Of a DNA stretch of 64,000 nucleotides, positions 49,779-59,884 are shown piece by piece. Position 1 is the first letter of the stretch; each line of letters opens with the position of its first letter. A program made the position numbers and the translations under genes. Under the pieces are notes generated by a model. The model saw only the letters and a program-made list of their open reading frames with translations, did no database searches and had not been told where the DNA came from. Source of the stretch: an uncultured delta proteobacterium (lineage in GTDB: Bacteria; Myxococcota_A; Polyangia; Polyangiales; JAFGIB01); assembly GCA_963778655.1 (NCBI GenBank), contig CAVZVA010000003.1, forward strand, positions 736,001-800,000, read 5' to 3'.

Positions 49779-51392
49779 ATGGATGCGGTGGCCCAGGCGC
49801 CAAGCCCGACAGCGCAACGGCCCGCAGTCAACAAGTGGCTGGTCACGGTCTCGGTGACCTTCGGCACGCTGATGGGCACGATCGACGCGTCGATTGTCAA
49901 CGTCGCCATCCCCCACATGCGCGGCGCGGTCGGCGCCACGGTGCAGGAGATCACCTGGGTCACCACCGGCTTCGCGCTCGCCAACGTGCTGGTGATGCCG
50001 CTGACCGCGTTCCTGGGCCGCATGTTCGGGCAGAAGCGCGTGTACATGTTCTGCCTCGGGCTGTTCGTGCTGGGCTCGGCGCTCTGCGGCACCGCGCGCT
50101 CGCTGACGTCGCTGGTCGCCTTTCGCGTGCTGCAGGGCTTCGGCGCCGGCGCCTTGCAGCCGACCGAGCAGGCGATCCTGCGCCAGACCTTCCCGCTCGA
50201 AGAGCAGGGCATGGCGATGGCGCTGTTCAGCATGGCGATCATGGTGGGCCCCGCGGTCGGCCCCACGCTCGGCGGCGTGATCGTCGACAACTGGAGCTGG
50301 CCCTGGATCTTCTACATCAACCTCCCGATCGGCCTGCTCGGGCTGGTGATGGTCGGCACCTTCGTGCATGAGGATCCGGAGATCCTGGCCAAGAACCGCG
50401 ATCTGGCCGAACGCCAGCGCGCCAACGTCGACTGGATGGGCATCGCGCTGCTGTGTGTGGCGCTGGCGGCTCTGCAGTACTTCCTCGAGGAAGGCGCGCG
50501 CGACGACTGGTTCGACTCCCGCGTCATCACCTCGTTCTTCATCGTCGCGCTGGTGGCCGGCGCCGCGTTCGTGCTGCGCGAGCTGACCGCGCCGGTGCCG
50601 GCCGTAAACATTCGCCTGTTCAAGGACGAGGTCTTTCTGTCGGGCACTCTGATCAGCGCGGTGATGTTCGCGCTGCTTTTGTCCAACATGTTCCTGCTGC
50701 CGTTGTTCATGCAGGAGTACCTCGGCTTCAGTGCCACCCAGAGCGGCATCGCGCTGATGCCGCGCGTGCTCGTCATGATGGTGACCACGCCGATCGTGGG
50801 CAGGCTCTACAATCACGTCTCGCCGCGCTTGATGGTCTCGATCGGCGTTGCGTTCTTCGCCTACGGCGCCTACGACATGAGCCATCTCACCCTCGGCAGC
50901 GGCGCCTCGGACGTGATCGCCGCGATCGTTGTGCAGGGGGTCGGCTTCGCCTGCTTGTTCGTGCCGCTGACCACGGTCTCGCTGGCCTCGATCCCCAAGC
51001 ACTTGATGCCGGACGCGACCGGCCTCAACTCGCTGCTGCGGCAGATCGGCGGCTCGGTCGGGCTGGCGATCTTCGCCACACTACTCGCGACCTACGGCGT
51101 CGACGCCAGGGCGTCGCTGAGCGCGCACCTGACCCCCGAGAGCCTCGAGCTGCAGCAGCGGCTCGGCACCATCCAGCACGCTCTCATTCAGCACGGCATG
51201 GACGCGGTGTCCGCCCACACGGCCGCGCTGCGCGCGCTGGCCAGGTCGGTGCAGCGGCAGGCGGCCACCCTGGCCTTCGATAAGCTATTCTTACTGGCCG
51301 GCGTCACCTTCCTGTGCGCGCTGCCGCTGGTGTTGTTCCTGAAGTCCCCCAGCGCCGACGCCAAGCCGGTCGAGGCTCAGCTCGAGCTGTAG
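49779..51392 (+). CDS. emrB: DHA2 (EmrB/QacA) MFS efflux permease
   Basis: IDASIVNVAIP, FRVLQGFG, WPWIFYINLPIG. Confidence 0.93.
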   Translation: MDAVAQAPSPTAQRPAVNKWLVTVSVTFGTLMGTIDASIVNVAIPHMRGAVGATVQEITWVTTGFALANVLVMPLTAFLGRMFGQKRVYMFCLGLFVLGSALCGTARSLTSLVAFRVLQGFGAGALQPTEQAILRQTFPLEEQGMAMALFSMAIMVGPAVGPTLGGVIVDNWSWPWIFYINLPIGLLGLVMVGTFVHEDPEILAKNRDLAERQRANVDWMGIALLCVALAALQYFLEEGARDDWFDSRVITSFFIVALVAGAAFVLRELTAPVPAVNIRLFKDEVFLSGTLISAVMFALLLSNMFLLPLFMQEYLGFSATQSGIALMPRVLVMMVTTPIVGRLYNHVSPRLMVSIGVAFFAYGAYDMSHLTLGSGASDVIAAIVVQGVGFACLFVPLTTVSLASIPKHLMPDATGLNSLLRQIGGSVGLAIFATLLATYGVDARASLSAHLTPESLELQQRLGTIQHALIQHGMDAVSAHTAALRALARSVQRQAATLAFDKLFLLAGVTFLCALPLVLFLKSPSADAKPVEAQLEL

Positions 51393-51411
51393 AATCCGAG
51401 GATCGGTCCGC

Positions 51412-52647
51412 ATGAACGACGTCGCCCGAGCCAAACCGCTGCAGAAAGTGGCGCCCGCCCCCGCGCCGAGCGTACGCAGCAGCCGCCGCCCATTCGCGAT
51501 CCTGGCGATAGTCGTGCTGCTGGGCCTGTCCGGCCTCGGCGTCTACATGCTCGTGACCGCGGGTCAGGTGAGCACCGACGACGCGCAGGTGGATGCCGAC
51601 GTCGTCCCGCTCGCGCCGCGCATCGGGGGGGCCGTGCGCAAGCTGCTGGTGGCCGAGAACCAGCGCGTGAAGGCCGGCCAGCTGCTGCTCCAACTCGACG
51701 ACGCGGACGAAAAGGCCCGGGTCGATCAGGCCGAGGCGGATCTCGCCGTTGCACAGGCGCAGGTGGAGGCCGCCGAGGCGCAGGAGCAAGTGGTCACGGC
51801 CAGCGCGACCGGCGGCCTGCACAGCGCCAAGGCGCAGGTCTCGAGCTCGCAAGTGGACGTGCAGAGCGCCGAGTCCCGGATCAAAGTGGCGCGCGCCGAG
51901 CTCGAGCACGCGCAGGCCAATGCGCGCAAGAGCGGGCTCGATCTGGCGCGCATCCAGCAGCTGCGCGCGGGCAACGCCATCGCGCAGGACCAGCTCGACA
52001 GCGCCCAAGCCGCGGACGACTCCGCGCGCGCGGCCTTGAGCCAGGCCGAAGCCGCGCTGGCCGCCGCCGAAGACGCCAAGCGCGGCGCGGTCAGCCGCGT
52101 GGCCGAGGCGCAGGGCAAGCTCGCCGCCAGCACCCCGATCGAGGCTCAGATCTCCGCCGCGCACGCGCAGGCGGCCCTCGCCCGCGCGCGCGTGCAATCG
52201 ATGCAGGCCGCGCTCCGGTTGGCCAAGCTGCAGCTCTCGTACACGCAGGCCAGCGCCCCGCAGGACGGCATGGTCTCGAACCTGTCCGTGCACGAGGGCC
52301 AGCTCGTGGGCGCGAAGCAACCGTTCGCGGAGCTGGTGCCGGATACGAGCTACGTGGTGGCGAACTTCAAGGAAACCCAGATCGGCGCCATGCACCCGGG
52401 CGATCGCGCCGACGTGGTGCTCGACGCCTACCCCGGCCATCACTTCGAAGGCGCAGTGGAAAGCCTGGCGGGTGGTACCGGGGCGCGTTTCTCGCTCATG
52501 CCGCCCGACAACGCCTCGGGCAACTTCGTCAAGGTCGTGCAGCGTGTCCCGGTCCGGATCGCGTGGAAGACGCCGCCCGGCGTGCCCCTGCGCGCCGGGC
52601 TGTCGGCGGACGTGACGGTGTTCGTCGGCAAAGCGCCCGCGAAGTGA
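51412..52647 (+). CDS. emrA: EmrA/HlyD family membrane fusion protein
   Basis: STDDAQV, VANFKETQ, PPDNASGNFVKVVQRVPV. Confidence 0.93.
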   Translation: MNDVARAKPLQKVAPAPAPSVRSSRRPFAILAIVVLLGLSGLGVYMLVTAGQVSTDDAQVDADVVPLAPRIGGAVRKLLVAENQRVKAGQLLLQLDDADEKARVDQAEADLAVAQAQVEAAEAQEQVVTASATGGLHSAKAQVSSSQVDVQSAESRIKVARAELEHAQANARKSGLDLARIQQLRAGNAIAQDQLDSAQAADDSARAALSQAEAALAAAEDAKRGAVSRVAEAQGKLAASTPIEAQISAAHAQAALARARVQSMQAALRLAKLQLSYTQASAPQDGMVSNLSVHEGQLVGAKQPFAELVPDTSYVVANFKETQIGAMHPGDRADVVLDAYPGHHFEGAVESLAGGTGARFSLMPPDNASGNFVKVVQRVPVRIAWKTPPGVPLRAGLSADVTVFVGKAPAK

Positions 52648-52675
52648 GCGCGCGCGACGGGCGAGGCACCGAAAT

Positions 52676-53494
52676 TTAGTGCGCGAAGGGATAGCTGATG
52701 GTCAGCGAGTCGTCGCTGAACTGCGGGAAGCGGGCGCGCCGCACCGCACGCGCCACGCACGAGCCGATCGGTCCGCGCAGGCCGTTGACCCGGGCGGTCG
52801 TGACGCGCCCGGTTCGGCCGAGCACGTTGATGTCGGCCATCAGCCTGCCGTGCGCGCTGCCAAAGCAGGCGTCGACCGCGGGTTGCACGCGCTGCATCGC
52901 GGCGATGACTTGAGCGCGCTGGGGTCTGGGCGGCAACGCGCTGGCCGGTTTCGAAGCGTGCCCGTGGTGATGGTGGTGGTGGTGGGAGTCCTCGGCGCTA
53001 GCGGAGGGCTTCGCGGCTGCAGGCTGCTCGGACTGGACCTCGGGCTCGACCGCCTTCGCGACCACCTCGGGTTTGCGCTCGGCGGGCTGAACCGCGGGCG
53101 CCGCGGCTTTGGCAGGCGCCGCCGCAGCAGCGGCTGGCGGAGGGCTCGGCTCCCGCGCGAGCGTGGCCGCGACGGTCGAAGCCTTGGCCTGCACGGGCGG
53201 CCGCGCCGCGGGCCGCGCGGGCGCAGGGTGCTTCATCCGCCACGCCAGCCCGAGCGCACCGGCGGACACCAGCACGGCCGCGCCGAGCGTGGCGGCCAGC
53301 ACCCACACGCCGCGCGGAACCCGCGAGGTCTCCTCAGCGGGTGCGGGCAGCGGCGCCAAGAACGCCTCGCTGCCCAGCGGCAGCGGCTCGTAGAAGCGGC
53401 GCGTCGCTGGACGCTCACCGGTGCTGAAGGGGGAATCGTCGGGCCCCGGGGCCTGCTGTCCGGCTGCCCTGGTGTCCCGCGCTCGACTCGGCAT
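52676..53494 (-). CDS. Single-TM protein with His7 tract and TonB_C-like C-terminal domain
   Basis: C-terminus aligns by eye with that of 45178-47067. Confidence 0.75.
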   Translation of the reverse strand: MPSRARDTRAAGQQAPGPDDSPFSTGERPATRRFYEPLPLGSEAFLAPLPAPAEETSRVPRGVWVLAATLGAAVLVSAGALGLAWRMKHPAPARPAARPPVQAKASTVAATLAREPSPPPAAAAAAPAKAAAPAVQPAERKPEVVAKAVEPEVQSEQPAAAKPSASAEDSHHHHHHHGHASKPASALPPRPQRAQVIAAMQRVQPAVDACFGSAHGRLMADINVLGRTGRVTTARVNGLRGPIGSCVARAVRRARFPQFSDDSLTISYPFAH

Positions 53495-53928
53495 GTGTGC
53501 TCCCTTCCGCGGCCATGGTGGCCGAGGTATGCCGTGCACCGAGGGCGCCCCACTGCGCGACCCGGCACACCGTCCGGCACGGGCGCACGGAGGCGCCGCA
53601 GCGCGCGCGTCGGCGCGGGTCGAGCTGGGCTCCTACTACCGCAACGACGGTTGGCGCAGCGAGTCCACTGCAAACCGTACCTTCCCCAAGGTAGCGGGCA
53701 CCCGCCCAGAACGCAACCACTACAAGTTAACAATTCCGTGACCACTGTCGCGCCGAGCACAAGGCTCAGGCGCTTGGACGGCAAGCTGATCACGACGCGC
53801 GCCGCCGCGCTCCTTGGATCCAAGGGGTCGGGAGCGCGCAGACCCCTGCAGAGCAACCCGGTCGCCCCACCCTTGCGGGTGGGGCATCGGGCATCGACCG
53901 CACGCAGGAGGCGCGCCAGACAGCGCGA

Positions 53929-54321
53929 CTACCAGCGATCGCGCCGGTCGCCGCCGTTGCGGCCACCGCGGCCACCACGGCCGCCGCCGCCGCCGCCGCC
54001 ACCGCCACCGCCGTAGCCACCGCCACCGCCGCCGCCGTAGCCGCCGCCACCGCCGCCGCCGCGCGGGCGATCGCCGCGGTCACGCGCGACGTTGACGGTG
54101 ATCGAACGACCATCGAGCACGGTGCCGTTGAGCGATTCGATCGCGCTGCGCGCTGCGGTGTCCGACTCGAACTCCACGAAGCCGAAGCCGCGCGACTGGC
54201 CGGTCGCGCGATCCATGATCACGCTTGCGGAGAGCACTTCGCCGAACTGCGAAAACGCCTCTTGCAGGCGCTCATCCCCGGTGGAGTACGACAGGTTGCC
54301 GACGAATAGTTTTGTACTCAT
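53929..54321 (-). CDS. RRM RNA-binding protein with Gly-rich tail
   Basis: KLFVGNLS (RNP2), RGFGFVEF (RNP1), GGGGY repeats. Confidence 0.96.
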   Translation of the reverse strand: MSTKLFVGNLSYSTGDERLQEAFSQFGEVLSASVIMDRATGQSRGFGFVEFESDTAARSAIESLNGTVLDGRSITVNVARDRGDRPRGGGGGGGYGGGGGGGYGGGGGGGGGGGRGGRGGRNGGDRRDRW

Positions 54322-54618
54322 GGTCTAGATGCCTCTGATACACGTGCGCCTTTTCCAGTATTCGGACGAACGCTCGGCGCGTAGGCCTTCTCCGATTGCT
54401 CCCCACTTGAGAGCCAGCCAGCGCACAGAAACGAACTCGAGCGGATCATTCCGAACGGGCGGAGTATCTGAGTGCAGGACGAGCGCACTGTAGCACGGCC
54501 ACGGCGCGGCGGCGAATGTCGCTTCGGTGGCTCCCGGTCCGGGGGGACCGGGGTGTCGGGACCCCGGGTTTCGGCTATGCTGCGTCGGAGCGGAAAGGGG
54601 CCGCCAACGGGCTCGCCG

Positions 54619-55080
54619 ATGTCGCCCCCCCAAGGGATCAGCCAGCGCCGGCAGGACGACTTCTACCAGTCGCTGCGGCGGCGCATACGCGCCTTCCTGG
54701 ACGCCAGAGGCCCGGGCTTCGCCTACGCCGAGGTGTTGCTGCTCGCGCCCGACCTGTTCCACCTGCTGTGCCGGTTGAGCGCCGACCCGCGCGTGCCGGC
54801 AGCGGAGCGCGCCAGGCTCGCGGTCGCGATCGTGTACTTCGTCTCCCCGCTCGACCTGCTGCCCGAAGGGCTGATGGGCCCGGTGGGCTACCTCGACGAT
54901 GCCGCGCTCGCGGCGTATGTGCTGCACCGGCTGGTCTGCAGCGGGCATGGCGAGGTCGCCCGCGAGCACTGGGCCGGCGACGGCGATCTGCTGGTCGCGC
55001 TGCAGCGCGTGCTCGAGCTCGCCGACGCGGCGATCGGCTCCGGCCTTTGGGCGCGCATCAAGCGCATCGCCCGCGGCTGA
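54619..55080 (+). CDS. DUF1232 (YkvA) family membrane protein
   Basis: YFVSPLDLLPE...GYLDD. Confidence 0.9.
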   Translation: MSPPQGISQRRQDDFYQSLRRRIRAFLDARGPGFAYAEVLLLAPDLFHLLCRLSADPRVPAAERARLAVAIVYFVSPLDLLPEGLMGPVGYLDDAALAAYVLHRLVCSGHGEVAREHWAGDGDLLVALQRVLELADAAIGSGLWARIKRIARG

Positions 55081-55143
55081 GACGCGGGGCGCCGGCCCAT
55101 ATGGCACGTGGACAAGCGCGGGCGCGGATGCTGGGATGGCCGC

Positions 55144-55674
55144 ATGCCTGAGGCCTACAGACTCGCGCTGCCGCCGCCGCAGGGTGAGCTGTGCGTGATC
55201 ACGCGCGAGCTGGTGCAGACCGCGCTGAGCTACTCGCGCAGCAGCCCGCGGCGCCGCATGATCCAGCCCTTCCACAAGCACGACGCGGACCCGCTACACC
55301 GTATGCTCAACGCCATGCAGCCCGACAGCTACGTGCGGCCCCACCGCCACCTGGACCCGCCCAAAGCCGAGGCCTGGGTGTTGCTGCGCGGGCGCGTGGC
55401 GTTCTTCACCTTCGAGGGCGACGGCCGCGTGCGCGATTGCCTGCGGCTCGACCCCGAGGGGGACGCGCTCGGCGTCGACCTGGGCCCGGGCGTGTATCAC
55501 TCGCTGGTCGCGCTTTCGCCCGACACGGTGCTCTACGAGGTCAAGACCGGTCCGTACGCGCCGGCTAGCGACAAGAGCTTCGCCCCGTGGGCCCCAGCCG
55601 AAGGCACGCCCGAAGCGGCCGGGTACCTGAGCGAGCTGCGGGCCGAGCTGACGCGGCGCGGGTTGGACGGCTGA
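55144..55674 (+). CDS. WbuC-family cupin metalloprotein
   Basis: SPRRR, NAMQPDSYVRPHRH, EVKTGPY, FAPWAP. Confidence 0.9.
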   Translation: MPEAYRLALPPPQGELCVITRELVQTALSYSRSSPRRRMIQPFHKHDADPLHRMLNAMQPDSYVRPHRHLDPPKAEAWVLLRGRVAFFTFEGDGRVRDCLRLDPEGDALGVDLGPGVYHSLVALSPDTVLYEVKTGPYAPASDKSFAPWAPAEGTPEAAGYLSELRAELTRRGLDG

Positions 55675-55735
55675 GACCCACCCCGCCCTCCTGCACGTGG
55701 TCGTGACCGTCAGGCGTGGCCGTGCTCGCGGTCGG

Positions 55736-56530
55736 CTACGGGCTGGGTTGCACGTCGACACCGATCGCTTGCTCGAGGCCTGGAACCGATAGGGTCAAGG
55801 TGGTCGTGCCCGCAGCCACGGCGTCGATGACCACGCTGGTGCCGGCGTCGATCTGTTTGCCGCTGCCGAGCAAGAACGCGGTGACTGTGGCGACCGAGTC
55901 ATCGGCCACGCTCCACTGAACGCCTTCAGGCGCCAGCAGCACCCGCCCATCGGCGTCGTACAGGGTCGCGTCGATCTGCACGCTCGCGCCCGGGACGAGC
56001 TGCACGCCGGTGGTCTTCTCGGCGCCGAGGCGGTCTTGATAGGTGGCCTCGATCGTGACGCGTGTCGCCTGGTGCACCAGCACGGGCACCTGGTCGATCA
56101 GCGCCCCGTCCGCGTCGCGCAGCTCGAGCCGGGTCTGGCCGGCGTCCTTGGCCAGCACCAGCACGGTGTTGTCGCAGTGCTTGACCCAGATCCCGTCGCA
56201 GCTCGCGTCCTCGGCGATCTGCAGGTGCCCATCGCCGCCGTCCTTGCGCTCGCAGTAGCAGCTGCGCTCCAGCGCAAAGTCGGCGACGGCGGGCTTGCTC
56301 GAGACAACCTCCACGCCGCGCGCGTCACCCGGGCCCGTGACCGCAATGCTGGTGCGCGTGCCCGAAAGCAGCGGTTGCTCCAGCGGGCAGCCGAAAAAGC
56401 AGCCGGCGCCTTGATAGCTGAACTCGGCCTTGCCCTTTTCGCCCGGGGTGCCGCCGGCAGCGCCCCCACCGCCGCAGCCCCACCCGGGGGTCGCGGCTAG
56501 CACACCGAGAGCCAACGCTGCCATCCGCAT
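55736..56530 (-). CDS. Lipoprotein with Ig-like (Big_2-type) domain
   Basis: Lipobox GWGC; WSVADDSVATV...AVAAGTTTLT. Confidence 0.75.
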   Translation of the reverse strand: MRMAALALGVLAATPGWGCGGGGAAGGTPGEKGKAEFSYQGAGCFFGCPLEQPLLSGTRTSIAVTGPGDARGVEVVSSKPAVADFALERSCYCERKDGGDGHLQIAEDASCDGIWVKHCDNTVLVLAKDAGQTRLELRDADGALIDQVPVLVHQATRVTIEATYQDRLGAEKTTGVQLVPGASVQIDATLYDADGRVLLAPEGVQWSVADDSVATVTAFLLGSGKQIDAGTSVVIDAVAAGTTTLTLSVPGLEQAIGVDVQPSP

Positions 56531-56567
56531 CGTGAAAACCTCGCCGTTCGGGTCAGCCGCCATGCAA

Positions 56568-56583
56568 AGCAGGCTCCGTGCCA
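56568..56583 (-). promoter_or_regulatory. Sigma54 promoter upstream of the Ig-like lipoprotein
   Basis: TGGCAC-GGAGC-CTGCT on minus strand, near consensus TGGCAC-N5-TTGCW. Confidence 0.65.
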
Positions 56584-56868
56584 AACGGAGCCCGCCTGGC
56601 CAGGATGACCCACAGCCGCGCCCGACGACCGCCGCGCGCCTGGCTGCGTTTGGACATGGCAGCGGCTCTCACCCCCGCGATCCTGTGGTGTATGGACCAC
56701 ACTGTCCATCCGGAGACACAGGGCCGGACCGCGGGCGGCCGGCAACCCGTCCGGTGTGGCCGACGTCATTGCGCGTCGGCAGCCTGCAGGCGCATCGTTA
56801 CAAACACGCGGGGGCTCGGCCCGCCGGTGTAGACTGCGCGCACGAAACCTCGCCCACAGGGGGACTGC

Positions 56869-57603
56869 ATGTCGAACATCGCAGGAAAAGCCTATGCGAT
56901 GAATCTGCTGACGCCGATCAAGCCGCTGGTGGTGCCGATCAACAAGCTGATCTTCTGGCTGGTAGGCACGCCGATCTTCCGCTCCAAGCTCGATGGGCTG
57001 CTCACCTTGTCGCTGATCCACTACGCGCGCTGGGTGATCGTGCGCGGGCGCGACTTTCCGCAGCTGGAGCCGTCGCAGCCGCAAGAAGACCTGCGCTACG
57101 GCTACATGTTCTTCTTCAGCAACTTCAACGGGAGCTGGGAGCAGTACGTCGACTCGTTTGCTTCGGCGATTCCCAGCGGCCTGAACCTGCTGTGGTTCAG
57201 GAACATCGGATGGCCCACAGCGGTGCCCGAGCAGCCTTTTCACCGCTACGTCAACGACTCACAGATCTGGACCGATTACTACTACAACGCCTATCCGATG
57301 GCCTCATCGAACGACGTCAAGTCGGCCAAGCGGGTCAAGGCCGGGCTGTGCGAGCTGGTCGCCAAGACCGCCGGCGTATCGGCAGAGGAATTCGCGCGGC
57401 AGTACAACGCGCTGCTCAAGGGCTTGCAGCATGATCTCTCGCAGATGGAGGCGACGCCGATCGTGAGCCTGGCCGTCGAGGACGTGCTGCGGCGCAGGCA
57501 GGACGACGGGCGCGAGCAGATCGTGGCCGCGCGCGCGCGCCACAGCGACTCGGGCGCGCACCCGGTCAAGCCGAACCGGCTCAAGGACGCGGCCGATGCC
57601 TAA
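56869..57603 (+). CDS. DyP-associated hypothetical protein A
   Basis: IHYARW...FFSNFNGSWEQYVDSF motif; first gene of operon. Confidence 0.85.
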   Translation: MSNIAGKAYAMNLLTPIKPLVVPINKLIFWLVGTPIFRSKLDGLLTLSLIHYARWVIVRGRDFPQLEPSQPQEDLRYGYMFFFSNFNGSWEQYVDSFASAIPSGLNLLWFRNIGWPTAVPEQPFHRYVNDSQIWTDYYYNAYPMASSNDVKSAKRVKAGLCELVAKTAGVSAEEFARQYNALLKGLQHDLSQMEATPIVSLAVEDVLRRRQDDGREQIVAARARHSDSGAHPVKPNRLKDAADA

Positions 57604-58243
57604 CCGCAGCGGAAAGGCGTACGGGCTGACCGTGCTGTGTCCGTTGTTGCGGACGAGCTCCCAAAACCAGAGCGCCGCGGCGCTGGTAAGGGCGCAGCTG
57701 CGCGCGCAGCCGCTGGATGAAGACAGCCCCCTGGCGCGCGTCCCCAACACCTATCTGTGCCGGCTGTTCGTGCTGGACGACGTGATCTACCAGGGCGCGC
57801 CTTCGCAGCTCGAGCACCTGAAGTCGCAGTACCTGGTGTTCGTGGCGGAGATTCACGGCGAGCCCCGGCCCTATCTCGAGGGCTTGTGGCAGCACGCGCA
57901 GCAATTCGTGTGTGACGTGTGGGCCTACTGCATCGGTTTCAAGGCGAGCGTGCACGACGCCGCAAGCTTCGTGCGCTACATCGAGCGCTGCCAGGTCGAG
58001 ACCACCTTCTACTTCAACGGCTCGACCGACGACCCGCCGGCCGAGCAGCTCAAGGCGCTCTATCTCAAGCAGGAGCTGTCGAAGTTCGCTTACGCAAACC
58101 AGGGCAAGAGCCCGGCGGAGCTGCAGCGCGCGTTCGCCGAGCTGGTGGCCCGGGTCGCCCCATTCGACACGGACGCACCGAGCTGGGCACCCGGCGCCTC
58201 TTCGCTCGAGGCCGCCGAGCGCGGCGCGCGCCCGGTGCGCTGA
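57596..58243 (+). CDS. DyP-associated hypothetical protein B (apparent paralogue of A)
   Basis: MPNRSGKAYG vs MSNIAGKAYA; overlaps gene A by 8 nt. Confidence 0.82.
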   Translation: MPNRSGKAYGLTVLCPLLRTSSQNQSAAALVRAQLRAQPLDEDSPLARVPNTYLCRLFVLDDVIYQGAPSQLEHLKSQYLVFVAEIHGEPRPYLEGLWQHAQQFVCDVWAYCIGFKASVHDAASFVRYIERCQVETTFYFNGSTDDPPAEQLKALYLKQELSKFAYANQGKSPAELQRAFAELVARVAPFDTDAPSWAPGASSLEAAERGARPVR

Positions 58244-58265
58244 AGCGCGGGCAAGGGGACGGCAC

Positions 58266-59870
58266 ATGGACCAGACCAGGCTCGATCTACACGACATCCA
58301 GGGTAGCATCGTGAAGGCCTACGGGCGCTACGGCTTTCCCAAGGCGCGCTACGTGCTGTTTCGCGTGCGCGACGGCGTGGCCGGCCGGCACTTCGTGCGC
58401 GCGCTCGCGCCGCTGGTCACCACCTCCGCGCCGTGGGACGCGTTCGGCTCAGTCGAGGAAGGCACAGCGCGGCCGCCGGCGACCACCAACGTCGCATTCA
58501 CCTACCACGGCCTGCGCGAGCTGGGCGTGCCGCGCGCTTCACTGCAGAGCTTCCCCGACGAGTTCGCGATGGGGATGCGCGCCCGGCGCGACATCCTGGG
58601 CGACGACGGGGTCAGCGCGCCCGCGTGCTGGGACCCGGTGTGGCTGCAGGAAGACCAAGTGCACATCCTGGTGTGGATCAACGGCCAGGACGACGCCGCG
58701 GTCGAGCGGCGCTACCAGAAGGTCCTTTCGCTGTTGCCCGCGGGGCAGGACGGCGTCGAGCTGTGCGTCGGCCATCGCGGCCCGGCCGGACGCGCCGATC
58801 TTCCCTACCAGGATGCCTGCGCGGTCTACGCGGACGGCGAGCCGACCGCCAAGGAGCACTTCGGCTACACCGACGGCATCAGCAATCCGTTCTTCAAGGG
58901 CGTCTCGTCGAACGAGGCGAACGTCGTGGGCGGGGGCAAGCTCACCGGACAGCCGACGGAGACGCGCGCGGGCTGGGAACCGCTGGAAACCGGAGAGTTC
59001 GTGCTGGGTCATCGGGACGAGGCCGGGGAATACCCCGAGGCGCCGATCCCGACCCTGCTGGCGATGAACGGCACCTTCCTGGTGTACCGGAAGCTGCACG
59101 AGAACGTGGGCGCGTTCGACGCGTACCTGGAAGAGGTCGGCCGGGGCTGCCCTGGCGGCAAGGAGGCGCTGGCCGCGAAGCTCGCGGGGCGCTGGCGCAA
59201 TGGCGCGCCCATCACCACGTTTCCGACGCAAGCGGAAGCCGATGCGTTTGGCGAGCAGTGGCTCGCCGCCAAGGTCGCGATCGCCAAGGCTGGAACGCGC
59301 GAAGAGCGCGAGGCGGCCAAACGCCGCTTCGCCGACTTGAACACGCGCTTCGTCGCGTTCAACTACGACAAGGATCTCGAAGGCGGGCGCTGTCCGGTGG
59401 GGGCCCATGCGCGCCGCGCCAATCCGCGCGGCGCGCTGCAGCTGGGCAAGCACGGCGCCTTCGAGACGCCGGGCGCGGTGGACAACCGGCGTCGGATCCT
59501 GCGACGCGGCCTGCCCTATGGCGACTCGCAGCACGCTCGCAACGACGACGGGGACCACGGCATCATCTTCATGGCGATCAACGCGAGCATCCGCCGGCAG
59601 TTCGAGTTCGTGCAGCAGCAGTGGATCAACTACGGCAACGACTTCCGCCTCGGCAACGACAAGGACCCGATCGTCGGCAACCACGCCACCACGCCCGAAG
59701 GCGCGCCCGCGGGACGCCTGATGATCGAAAGCGCCCCCGACGACAGCCGGCCGCCGTTTCTGTGCAGCGCGCTGCCGCGCTTCGTGGAGACGCGGGGCGG
59801 AGACTACTTCTTCGTCCCCAGCCTCACGGCCCTGCGCATGATCGGCGCGGGCATCATCGATCCCACCTGA
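58266..59870 (+). CDS. Large DyP-type heme peroxidase
   Basis: DIQG, EHFGYTDGISNP (GxxDG), GAHARRANPR (proximal His), ILRRGLPY, QFEFVQQQW, GGDYFF.PS. Confidence 0.92.
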   Translation: MDQTRLDLHDIQGSIVKAYGRYGFPKARYVLFRVRDGVAGRHFVRALAPLVTTSAPWDAFGSVEEGTARPPATTNVAFTYHGLRELGVPRASLQSFPDEFAMGMRARRDILGDDGVSAPACWDPVWLQEDQVHILVWINGQDDAAVERRYQKVLSLLPAGQDGVELCVGHRGPAGRADLPYQDACAVYADGEPTAKEHFGYTDGISNPFFKGVSSNEANVVGGGKLTGQPTETRAGWEPLETGEFVLGHRDEAGEYPEAPIPTLLAMNGTFLVYRKLHENVGAFDAYLEEVGRGCPGGKEALAAKLAGRWRNGAPITTFPTQAEADAFGEQWLAAKVAIAKAGTREEREAAKRRFADLNTRFVAFNYDKDLEGGRCPVGAHARRANPRGALQLGKHGAFETPGAVDNRRRILRRGLPYGDSQHARNDDGDHGIIFMAINASIRRQFEFVQQQWINYGNDFRLGNDKDPIVGNHATTPEGAPAGRLMIESAPDDSRPPFLCSALPRFVETRGGDYFFVPSLTALRMIGAGIIDPT

Positions 59871-59884
59871 AGGACCGGCCGTGC

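Noticed and set aside
49779..52647. emrB-before-emrA order and no outer-membrane factor
   Set aside because: Ordinary variation in efflux operons; not evidence of novelty
53950..54065. GCC/CCG microsatellite
   Set aside because: Encodes the Gly-rich tail of the RRM protein
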